From Selaginella moellendorffii (lineage: Eukaryota; Plantae; Lycopodiophyta), in the NCBI RefSeq assembly GCF_000143415.4, contig NW_003314420.1:194455-213249 (forward strand): a stretch of DNA of 18,795 nucleotides, read 5' to 3'. The stretch's first letter is position 1. Each line of letters starts with the position of its first letter. Shown one piece after another: positions 9,589 to 18,794 of this stretch. A program made the position numbers and the translations under genes. The notes under the pieces were generated by a model, which searched no databases, was not told where the DNA came from, and worked only from the letters and a program-made list of their open reading frames with translations.

Positions 9589-11543
9589 GATGAGTTTTAG
9601 TGAGTACTATTCAATGAGATTGGGCAACTAGTCTTGTTGCATATGCAGAGATGAAAATGATGATCTGAGTGGGTATACATTTGGGTGCAAAGGCTTCGCA
9701 ATGGTTCCTTGGGTATGGATTTTGGATACCTTTCGTTCTAGGTTATATGAGCTTTTGCTTGGGCTCATAAGTTTGAGATAAGATGTTTCGGTTGCACGAG
9801 TTTTCGCTTGGGCTCGTGAGTGAGGCACATTAGCATTTCAAGGTTACACTTTGAGTTGGCAGGATTAATGTTAGCCTATCGGTGGTTCCATAAGTTGTTC
9901 CTTGTACCATGGGAGAAAGTAAACCTTCCCTAGGTTTGCTATAAGTGGCAAATAGGCTAGTCCATAGCTGTTTAGCACGACACTAGTGGATCCTTCCTAG
10001 GCATGATTACAAGTGGATCAATCAAGACTATAGGGATTAGTCTATTGGTTCAAGTAGTAATTGCCGTGCTCTCTTATAAACTTTTCTTGGATTGGACTGA
10101 AGGCAGTGTGAATGCAAGCTTGAGGTTTAGTCAAAAGATGAGACCGAAAAGAGAGTCATCAGGACGAAGGATCAAACATATAAATCATTTTCTCTTCATG
10201 GAGAGATGATTTGCAATGAGATGTGACTCATTGCTCATATTCGCATTATGCAATCAAGAGTCCCTACCTTGATGCATGTTGGAAATGATGGTCTTACAAA
10301 TGGCACGTCATGGAATGGATAGCGATGAAGCATTAAACCATTTTGTCTAGGTTTGCTATTGGAAGACTTGGGTTACAATGCTCAATTCTTTTTCAAGGAA
10401 CCTTGCTATTGCTCCTTGAGTAGCTTGGTGTTGGATTAGTTCTGAGTTTGGTCAGATAAAGGGCGGCATGAGCTTGTCCATGTTATGAACAAAAGTTAGT
10501 GGTCTTGGGTGTTGTAAGTCTCTATCGGTAGAGTGTGGCATTTATGTTGCATTTTATCAAAACAAGTTAGCACTTGATATTCACATAAACCTTTGAAGTA
10601 ATGACATTGGCATTGCTCGTGGTGTTACTCAATTGTTGGTCAAGACATTGTGATTCTTATATCATATCTATGTGATAATGAGCAATGTGTTTAAGAAGTT
10701 GCTTGGTTAAATGATGATCAACCCCAAGGTGGTTGATGGAGAAGCTAGTCTACTTACAGGTAGTACCATTGTAGTAGCTTTGACTGGATTCTTGATGGTG
10801 ATCCATTGTGCTAAGATTAAGTTGGTTCCTTGTTCTTGCCCATAAGGTGTTGGAAACGTAAGATTCATTTGCTATAGCTCATCAGTTGATCTGTTAGCAC
10901 TTGGAGTAGATTGTTGGATAGAGAAGGTGTGTAGTTGGGGCATTGATATGTGTTAGTGGAAGTGGCAATGTTATTTTGAGTGATGAGGAATTTTCTTTAG
11001 ACCTTGATTTTTCATGTTATTTTTCTTGTTAGTGTTTTGACTTCATATTGAATCTTGAAAGTGATTGGAGAAGAGTGTTAGTGCGATGTGGATATCCAAA
11101 GATATAGTCTTCATGATCAAGCCTTGGGTGTTCACTTTGCATTTTTGCGGATATCGATGTTGGATGTCGGAAAAATGGGCAAAAATGTTTGATACTTAAG
11201 CATGCTATGGTCTTGAGACCACATGCACTACACTTTCGCTTGTTGCTCATCAACTCAACTATGTGTGGAACAAAATAAAGGCCAAGGACATTTGTGCATC
11301 AGCTTTAATGTTGGAGGGTAGGTTTTATGGTGGTCAATTTGAAGTTTGCTAAATAGTAGGAGTGATGACAATTTTATTTTGGGAAAGTTTATTGAAGAGC
11401 ACAACTTAGTGACATAAGAAGTTCTTACATATATAATATAAAGTGTAACTACCCTTGCCTAGCATTTTGATGCTTATGTAAAAGAGCTATAAGTGTATGT
11501 TGAAAAAACCACACTTGTGAAGACTTTTTATCTAGTGGATATC

Positions 11544-11724
11544 TATAAACAATTAAAGAGAATGATTCGAGAGACAAATATAAAGGGAAAAAGGCTCATG
11601 AATAAGAGTGCACTTTCTTTTCCAATTGGTTAAGGGTTTTAGGATATTCAGGGTTAAATGTCCTTGGATTTCAATAGTATTGTGTTAGGTGTTTTTTCAG
11701 AAAGTCTAAATTTAAGAGTTTACA
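11544..11724 (+). repeat. 5' LTR of TRIM (181 bp)
   Basis: TATAA...TTACA; about 75% identical to the 3' LTR over the 149-nt alignable part, mostly transitions. Confidence 0.85.
11652..11707 (+). promoter_or_regulatory. Decayed 5S rRNA-derived internal Pol III promoter segment in TRIM 5' LTR
   Basis: GGTTAAATGTCCTTGGATTTCAATAGTATTGTGTTAGGTGTTTTTTCAGAAAGTCT aligns without gaps to the 3' LTR copy and to 5S nt 50-105; box C is badly eroded. Confidence 0.6.
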
Positions 11725-11925
11725 TTTCGTATCAAAGGGGTCTTGGATCCGACTCTATTAGTTAACTTAAAGGAATAATACCACATGTTGAGAATGATAT
11801 CTAGCAAGTTTAGTTTACCTTTGGTTGAGCTCAACTTAAGGATAAAGAGAGTGGAACTCTCAAAAGAACTATAGATCTTAACTTATGTTCACAAGGGCAT
11901 GAACTTATAAAGAAATATGGTGGAT

Positions 11926-12120
11926 TATAAGAAATCAAAGAGAATGAGTTAAGAAACAATTGATATAGGTTCAAATATAAAGAGAAAAAGGCCATGAATA
12001 AAAATATATCCCCTTTTTCAATCGGTTAAAGGTCTTGGGATATTTGGGGTTAAGTGTCCTTTAATTTGAATAATATTGGGCTGAGTGACCTCCTAAGAAG
12101 TTCAAATTCAAGAGCTTACA
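11926..12120 (+). repeat. 3' LTR of TRIM (195 bp)
   Basis: TATAA...CTTACA, preceded by the PPT-like tract and followed by the TSD. Confidence 0.85.
12048..12103 (+). promoter_or_regulatory. 5S rRNA-derived box A / IE / box C segment in TRIM 3' LTR
   Basis: GGTTAAGTGTCCTTTAATTTGAATAATATTGGGCTGAGTGACCTCCTAAGAAGTTC vs recalled angiosperm 5S nt 50-105 AGTTAAGCGTGCTTGGGCGAGAGTAGTACTAGGATGGGTGACCTCCTGGGAAGTCC: 38/56 ungapped, 11 of the 18 mismatches are C>T or G>A. Confidence 0.8.
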
Positions 12121-12440
12121 ATATTGTGGATCTCATTTTTGGGATGCCTTGAGTAAGGTCGTTAGTGAGTTTAAGCAATTGGTTGAGTGTGCTTAAGCTC
12201 AGGATGATGAAAAGAGTCTCTTTGTGAGCCAAAATAGATGCACGTTTCTCATTGGTGGATAAGATTCTTTACTAAAATGGGTGTGTGTATTTACTACAAG
12301 TGGATGTGTTGATTAATTATGTTTTATTCCACTAGCATGATCTTCTAGAGGCTGTTCATTTTGGGGGGAAGAAGACATATGAGCTGATTAAGTGAAATTT
12401 TTATTGGAGAAATATAAAGGCTAATATCCTCAAGTATTGC

Positions 12441-13516
12441 TGTCGTGAATGTGACTTTGGGTATCGAAAGTTACATGTCAGGTAGTCCTTACGGACACTC
12501 TTTCCTTACTGCTACAATGGCAGGAGGTCGGTATTGTTGGTTCCCTTTATTAGCCCCTCTTATTCAAGTGTTAGTAAACTAGGCTTAGCACCTGTACTTA
12601 GCCAAATGGACATAAGGTAGGAACTCTTATATGTTTCTAGTTAAGCATACTTGGTTTGGCTCTTAGTTCTCTTTTGCTCTTAGTCCCTCAATATCGCTAG
12701 ATGATAGCTTACCGTGTCTGCCAAACACCCTCGCTATCATGCCCTTTGTGTTAGTCTCATTTCGGTCCCAAATGCTATTTATGGAAAGTGTCTAGATTTG
12801 CTCATTTGGCATATCTACAGAGTGTAGAGATTAGCCTGAACACAATGGTGTTCGTCCCGTATTCAAATTCGCATTCTAGCGCTATTCCATATTTAGTAAG
12901 TTTCGAGCTTGTCCCAGAGACTAACTCCTGGTACTAAGGGAGGCTTGGGGTGAAAGCCCAAAGTGTGTGTTCCTCAAAGGGGGCGGGGTTGTGGGGGGTT
13001 CCAAATGTATAGTAGGGATAGTGGGTAGGTCAAACATGTCTGATCAACCTGAGGCATAGTCTAGCTCCCGCTTGAGTGCCTGTCTTTGTTCTGCGTCTGG
13101 CTTGTGTCTAAACCCAAGTTCTATTCCATGCTAGCTAGTGGAGTACCCATATCCTTGCGTTAGGCCATCGGTATGCCGAAATAGCACTAAACTCTGTTTG
13201 GCTCTGTTTTGCATGCTGGTCCTAGCACTGGGATGTTAGTTGCTCTAGGACTATTCCAAGTCGCTCTGGGCTCCTGTCCCTTCGCTCTTTGGGCTGTATG
13301 CTCGAGAGTTGCTCCGTGGTTCGGTTCCATCACTCCTTGGCTTCATGCTTGGGAGTGTGGCACCATTCCTTCGTTCAGTGGCCCAAGGCCATGAAACTTG
13401 GGTTCCACACCACTGTCCTTTGGACACGTGGCACAAAGAGGGTTTAGGTTCTGCTTCGTGGTGTTATCCTATGGTAAATCACTATAGGATAAAGGGTAAA
13501 AACCACATGTGTTACA
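12441..13516 (+). repeat. 5' LTR of C2 (1076 bp)
   Basis: TGTCGTGAATG...GTTACA; lacks ~40 bp at 12680 and two 14-bp units relative to the C1 LTR. Confidence 0.85.
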
Positions 13517-13824
13517 TTTAGTATTAGAGGATGAGTCTCGGCGAGTACTATCCAATGAGATTGGGCAACTAGTCTCGTTGCATACGCAAAGATGAAAACG
13601 ATGATCTGAGTGGGTACACGTTTGGGTGCAAAGGCTTCGCATTCGTTTCTTGGGTATGGATTTTTGTTACCTTTTTGTACTGCATTGTATGAGCTTGCTC
13701 TTGGGCTTATAAGATGGATGTGAGATGTTCTATTTGCATGAGTTTATGCTTGGGCTCGTTAGTGAGGCACATTAGCAACTCGAGGTTACACTTTGAGTTG
13801 GCAGGATTAATGTTAGCCTATTGA

Positions 13825-13863
13825 TGGTTCTATGAGTTGTTCTAGTGGTTCTGTGAGTTGTTC
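13825..13863 (+). repeat. 21-bp-period tandem duplication specific to C2
   Basis: TGGTTCTATGAGTTGTTC-TAG-TGGTTCTGTGAGTTGTTC; C1 has one copy (~9883-9900). Confidence 0.7.
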
Positions 13864-16373
13864 CATGTACCATGGGTGAAAGTAAATCTTCCCTAGGTTT
13901 GCTATGAGTGGCAAATAGGCTGGTCTGTAGCTGTTTAGCATGGCACTAGTGGATCTTTCCTAGGCATGATTACAAGTGGATCAATCAAGACTATAGGGAT
14001 TAGTCTATTGGTTCAAGTAGTAATTGCCGTGCTCTCTTATAAACTTTTCTTGGATTGGACTGAAGGCAGTGTGAATGCAAGCTTGAGGTTTAGTCAAAAG
14101 ATGAGACCGAAAAGAGAGTCATCAGGGATGAAGGATCAAACACGTAAATCATTTTCTCTTCTTGGAGGGATGATTTGCAATGAGGTGTTAACTCTTTACT
14201 CGTGTTCATATTATGCAATCAAGAGTACCTATCTTGATGGATATTGGAAATGATGGTCTTACAAATGGTAGGTTATGGGATGGATAGCGGTGAAGCACTA
14301 AACCATTTTGTCTAAGCTTGCTATTGGAAGACTTGGGTTACAGTGCTCAATTCTTTTCTAGGGAACCTTGTTATTGCTCCTTTAGTAGCTTAGTGTTGGA
14401 TTAGTTTTGAGTTTGGTCAGAAAGAGAGTGGCATGAGCTTGTCCATGTTATGAACAAAAGTTAGTGGTGTTGGGGTTGTAAGTCTCTATCGGTAGAGTGT
14501 GGCATTTATATTGCATTTTGTCAAATTGAGTTAGCACTTGATAGTCACATAAACCTTTGTAGTAGTGACATGGGCATTACTCGTGGTGTTGCTCAATTGA
14601 TGATCAAGTCATTGTGATTTCTATTTTATATCCATGTGATAGTGAGCAATGTGTTTACGAAGTTGCTTGGTTAAATGATGATCAACCCGAAAGTGGTTGA
14701 TGGTGAAGCTAGTCTACTTGCAAGTAATAGCATTGTAGTAGCTTTGACTAAATTTTTAATGATGATCCATTATGCTAAGCTTATATTGGTACCTTGTTTC
14801 CTTGAGGGTTTGCCCATTAGGGTGTTGGAAAAAGGTTGTAGCATTCATTTGCTATAGCTCGTCGGATGATCTGTTAGCAGTAAATTGTTGGATGGAGAAA
14901 ATGTGTAGTTGAGGCATTGACATCACTAGCATTTGTGTTAGTTGAAGTGGCATTGTTATTTCAAGTGATAAGGAATTTTCCTTGGACCTTGATTTTCCAC
15001 GCCATTTTTCTTGTTAGTGTTTATGCTTTACATTGGATCTTGAAGGTGATTGAAGAAGAGTGTTAGTGCAATGTGAATATCCGAAGATGTGGTCTTCGTG
15101 ATCAAACCTTGGATGTTCATTTTGCACTTTGTAGATGTCCATGTTGGATATCGGTGAGATGGGCAAAGATGTTTGATGCTTAAGCATATTGATGGATCAT
15201 GAGAATTTGTGTTGAGGTGAACCTATGTGAAGTTGTTAGTAAGAGGAAGTTGGTTGAGTCTTGAAAGTTTGCATTCCTAGACTGAGAGTCATTCTTTCTC
15301 TAGGATGGAAAATTTTCCACAAATTTTCTTAAGATTTTCCAATGGCCGATTTGTTGGTCACTTTGCCGAAAACTATTTCGTTTTCTTAAGCTAGTACAAA
15401 CTAGTGAAAGGGTTGGAGTTGACTTTGGTTGGCTTAGACCTTAGTAAATAGTTTGTATGATGTAGCCCAAAAGGGATACTGACTTTTGGGGCTAAGGCAG
15501 TTAAGTTGGATAGAGTCTGGAGTTGGTGTAGAAAAGTGGCTGATGCGCTTTTCTAAGAAAGGTGACCCTTGTGCCTTTCTTTTATAGTGTTGTGCTTCGT
15601 GGTAGGTTGCACTTTGCATTTCGTTTAGACTCTATGAGAGTAGTGGGCTCTCACTGATCCTAATTTGGTCTTGGTGGTCTTGTGCCTTGGCTAAAGATGG
15701 TGATGACCAACTTAGTTGTTTGAGGTTGAAATGTTAGTACCTATACTATAGCTTTGTCTATGAGGAGGTTGTGTACCGATATGAGTCCATCTTATGATCT
15801 TCACTTTAGTTTCAACTGAGTGTTGATCATGCATAGCTAGCCTCTTTAAGGCATGCTCATAGGTATTGGCTAAATGCATTAATGAGCTTATTTTGGTTGA
15901 GTTGGATTCGAGTGGTCATTTAGTTCGTACTTGTCCATGAACCTATATCTCATACATGAGGTATTATGTTACTATTGGACAAGTATATAACTTGATGGCA
16001 TGAGTTTAGTGTTTAAGTCTTGTGAAGGCAAGTTGAAAGAGTGATTGTTGGTTGTTTGACAACTAATGATTCCTTGTAGACTTTGTCAAAGACTGTTTGA
16101 CACTTGCTTCGCTTGATGATGATTTAGTAGTGATGGGCTTGCTTTATCGGATGGTGTTGTAGAGGATCATGTCGTTAGACTTACATGGATTTTCCATGTT
16201 GGCATATCGATTCTACCTCTGTCGATATCATTTAGTGATGTTTAGTCTATGGTGTTGGATTTCATTAAATCTTGGATATGGTGATTCATTCCTTGATGAT
16301 GTGTTATCTGAAACTGAGTTTTGTTGAAGGATTAGTCTCAGATATGACTAAAGATCTTCAACTTTGTTGCTAT

Positions 16374-16822
16374 NNNNNNNNNNNNNNNNNNNNNNNNNNN
16401 NNNNNNNNNNNNNNNNNNNNNNNNNNNNNNNNNNNNNNNNNNNNNNNNNNNNNNNNNNNNNNNNNNNNNNNNNNNNNNNNNNNNNNNNNNNNNNNNNNNN
16501 NNNNNNNNNNNNNNNNNNNNNNNNNNNNNNNNNNNNNNNNNNNNNNNNNNNNNNNNNNNNNNNNNNNNNNNNNNNNNNNNNNNNNNNNNNNNNNNNNNNN
16601 NNNNNNNNNNNNNNNNNNNNNNNNNNNNNNNNNNNNNNNNNNNNNNNNNNNNNNNNNNNNNNNNNNNNNNNNNNNNNNNNNNNNNNNNNNNNNNNNNNNN
16701 NNNNNNNNNNNNNNNNNNNNNNNNNNNNNNNNNNNNNNNNNNNNNNNNNNNNNNNNNNNNNNNNNNNNNNNNNNNNNNNNNNNNNNNNNNNNNNNNNNNN
16801 NNNNNNNNNNNNNNNNNNNNNN
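16374..16822. other. Assembly gap (449 N)
   Basis: Run of N. Confidence 1.
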
Positions 16823-17064
16823 TGTTGTTGGCATTTGTGTATTTGTTAGTTAGCAACTATGTTGACATTCAAACAAACTGACTATCAAGTTTGAGTTATT
16901 TGTGTTCTAGATGAGATTGTTTAGTAAGGGTTGAGTGGGCTAGACCTATTTGGCTTTGTTATTTAGTGCTGGGTCATGACTGTGCCACCCTCCCAAAATT
17001 CATCATATTATATTACAGGCTATATATCAAGGTCATGAGGGCCCACACAGGGCAGCTGACCTGG

Positions 17065-17715
17065 TTATTTATGTAGGAGATGTCTTCCCATGAAACAGTA
17101 CTTGTGTATAATCACATCAGGCAGTAGAAGCTGGACCTGGTAGAAGAAACTGGAAACATGTTTGGCAGTAGAGCACATATGTGTAGGTGAATTGGGCAGC
17201 ATAGTTCTTGACATGGTGGAACTTGTTTCTTTGTATGGCCAGGACTGAGTGTTTCTTTGGGCCTGGCTGATATCTTGCTTCCAGAACTCTGTGTAGGCAG
17301 GGGAAGCCTTGAGTGTAGTGTTGACTAAGGTGGTTGAGTGAACTGGGTTCACTTCTTTGCAGTAGAGGTAGTACTTTGTCATGTGCTCCCTTTTCTTGAA
17401 ACATGCTTGTCACTGTTCTTCATCAAGGGTGCTCCAGACAGTCTTCATACTCCTTTCTCTAGAAGTGATGGAGTTTGGTCCTTCTTGGTTGTTCTTGCTT
17501 TTAGCTTGCAGGTTTTGTTTCATGTTAGGAGTGGCTTGATTGTTATAGTGTTCTTGGGTCAATGCTTGATCATGTCTGTCACAACTATGCACTCCTCCCA
17601 AATTGGCATCTTGTGAAGCTTGGAGCTTGGCAAATGGAGTTCTTAAGCACAGCTTGGAATAAATTGGAATGCGGCAGTTATTAAGTCTGAATAGCAAGAC
17701 TGTCAAGGACTTCAT
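17065..17715 (-). pseudogene. Degenerate reading frame with a single internal TGA, possibly TE-derived
   Basis: ORFs 17410..17715 and 17065..17382 share a frame and are separated by one TGA (17412-17410); the region is CpG-poor like the TE block. Confidence 0.3.
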
Positions 17716-17819
17716 ACATAAACACAGCCAAAGAATTCAGAGTAGTCCTTGGTTGTGCAGTAAGTACAGCAAAGGCGAGGCTGTTCAAAGGCCATAAAGG
17801 TTTATTAAATGGAACAAAA

Positions 17820-18766
17820 CTTTAATCTGTCTGTAGCCCCTAAGAAGTGTGCAAGTCTGCTCCTCTGAAAAAGGAACTGTTCAAAGTTGTTCAGTACATA
17901 TGCGACCTGTACCTTTCTTGCAACTATTGCTACAGCATCATTTTATCTAACCCCGCAATGTAAGTTCAGTGAGCTTGTCCATGGTGCCTTTCCATAAAGA
18001 AAGAGGGCTACCTCATATTCCACCACAGTTCCAGCCGTCTAACCTTATCCCAGCCTCTATTGTTTTTATTACTTTTCAGGAATTGTAAATGCATGTCATA
18101 TCTTGGTTTGGAGCTATCCTGCATCTTGCTCGTCGTATTGAATTTTTTGTAGTACCCATCTGCGGTTTGTAATACAATTTCACTCCTTATGATCAAATGG
18201 TTCGTGTGGAATTTTACATAAACCAAAGTCGTTTTGGTGTTTCTGTGAATGCAGAGGCTTTCATAGTCAAAGATTCCAGATCACAATAATTTTCTTTGTG
18301 GCATCTATAGCTGGAACAATACAGAGACATGGAGAATTTCCAAAAGAGGAGAATCTCCAGACTTTGGAAAATGCCTCGAGAAATTCTATAAACCGCCCAA
18401 GAGCTTCGATCTTGTCACCCCCACTGCCAGTTTGTGTATTTTCTAGAAAAAATCCAAGGCAATAAAAGTAGAGGCAAAGAAGATTCATAGCGAGGTAACA
18501 GGAATAGAGACGGTGGTTGCTGTGATGATAGTAGACAAGGAGCAGAAACAGAGCACAGTAGTATTGCGTAAGGAAACTTGCCTTTCAAATTTACCCGTTT
18601 GCAAGTGGGAGAATCTATCTTTGCTTTAGAATACTTGCTCTAAGTATCCTGGAAGCACGGAGCTTCTGGTCAGATTTTTTTATCATCATGAAAGCTTTTG
18701 TGGTCAATCTCACAATTGGTGAATACGTTTCAATGTAATCCAAACCTGGGATCTTGCTGTCAGCAC
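17820..18766 (-). CDS. Probable multi-exon gene segment of unknown function; exon boundaries tentative
   Basis: Acceptors TTTTTTCTAG (18443), TGTTCCAG (18311) and TTTTTCAG (17865); 48-nt GTACAG..CAG intron at 17912-17865; open exon-like frames NTQTGSGGDKIEALGR, YRCHKENYCDLESLTMK and SEIVLQTADGYYKKF...RGWDK; CpG retained. Some required donors are weak. Confidence 0.35.
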
Positions 18767-18794
18767 CTAGCGAAACCAGATATACAGCTTGATT
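18684..18794 (-). mobile_element. Short Ty1/copia reverse transcriptase fragment
   Basis: AVYLVSLGADSKIPGLDYIETYSPIVRLTTKAFMM matches the copia RT motif ARLVAKGFxQxPGIDYxETFSPVVRxxT; similarity stops abruptly after it. Confidence 0.65.

Larger units (their letters stand above)
8436..11232 (+). mobile_element. Element C1: internally deleted LTR element (5' LTR, PBS, ~1.6 kb internal region, last ~18 bp of 3' LTR) inserted in B
   Basis: TG...CA ends; 5-bp TSD CTTTT (8431-8435)/CTTTC (11233-11237); B homology resumes right after; colinear with C2 up to TTAAGCAT (~11204). Confidence 0.85.
11544..12120 (+). mobile_element. TRIM (577 bp) with 5S rRNA-derived segment in both LTRs (Cassandra-like), inserted in the protease region of B
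   Basis: Direct repeats 11544-11724 and 11926-12120; degenerate PBS TCGTATCAAAG (11727-11737); PPT-like AAAGAAATATGGTGGAT (11909-11925); TSD ATATC (11539-11543)/ATATT (12121-12125); ~200-bp non-coding interior; host frame VDI|VDLIFGMP is restored on removal. Confidence 0.85.
7930..12440 (+). mobile_element. Element B: fragmented gypsy element related to A, opposite orientation; pieces 7930-8435 (gag), 11233-11543 and 12121-12148 (protease), 12149-12440 (integrase Zn-finger)
   Basis: Pieces are colinear with the reverse complement of A (about 74% in a gag stretch I counted) and rejoin when the insertions are removed. RT/RH is absent: at ~12149 B jumps from A-position ~6370 to ~5299. No LTR of B seen. 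Confidence 0.85.
12441..16373 (+). mobile_element. Element C2: second copy of family C (5' LTR, PBS, >2.8 kb internal region without intact ORF), inserted in the integrase of B and cut by the gap
   Basis: Starts TG directly after B sequence ...AAGTATTGC (predicted TSD ATTGC); colinear with C1 to ~15187. Similar T/G-rich sequence may continue at 16823-~16980. Confidence 0.85.

Noticed and set aside
10003-10209. Duplicated small membrane-protein gene (with 13966..14253)
   Set aside because: Identity reflects the 170-bp DNA tract; the frames diverge right after it; it lies inside an LTR element.
8436-11232. 2.8-kb solo LTR
   Set aside because: An internal CA + PBS at 9575-9588 shows the LTR is 1140 bp; the right end is a 3' LTR remnant.
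12048-12103. Bona fide 5S rRNA gene
   Set aside because: Only nt ~50-105 are present, decayed, and embedded in LTRs; no 5' half of 5S.
8436-13516. C1 and C2 LTRs as the paired LTRs of one element, or a 4-kb tandem duplication
   Set aside because: Each LTR is followed by its own PBS and internal region, the left flanks differ (CTTTT vs ATTGC), and B sequence lies between them.
17690-17790. LNSLA/LNSLA/LDSLA repeats suggesting TPR (minus strand)
   Set aside because: Spacing of 16 and 11 aa does not fit TPR periodicity, and the frame is short.
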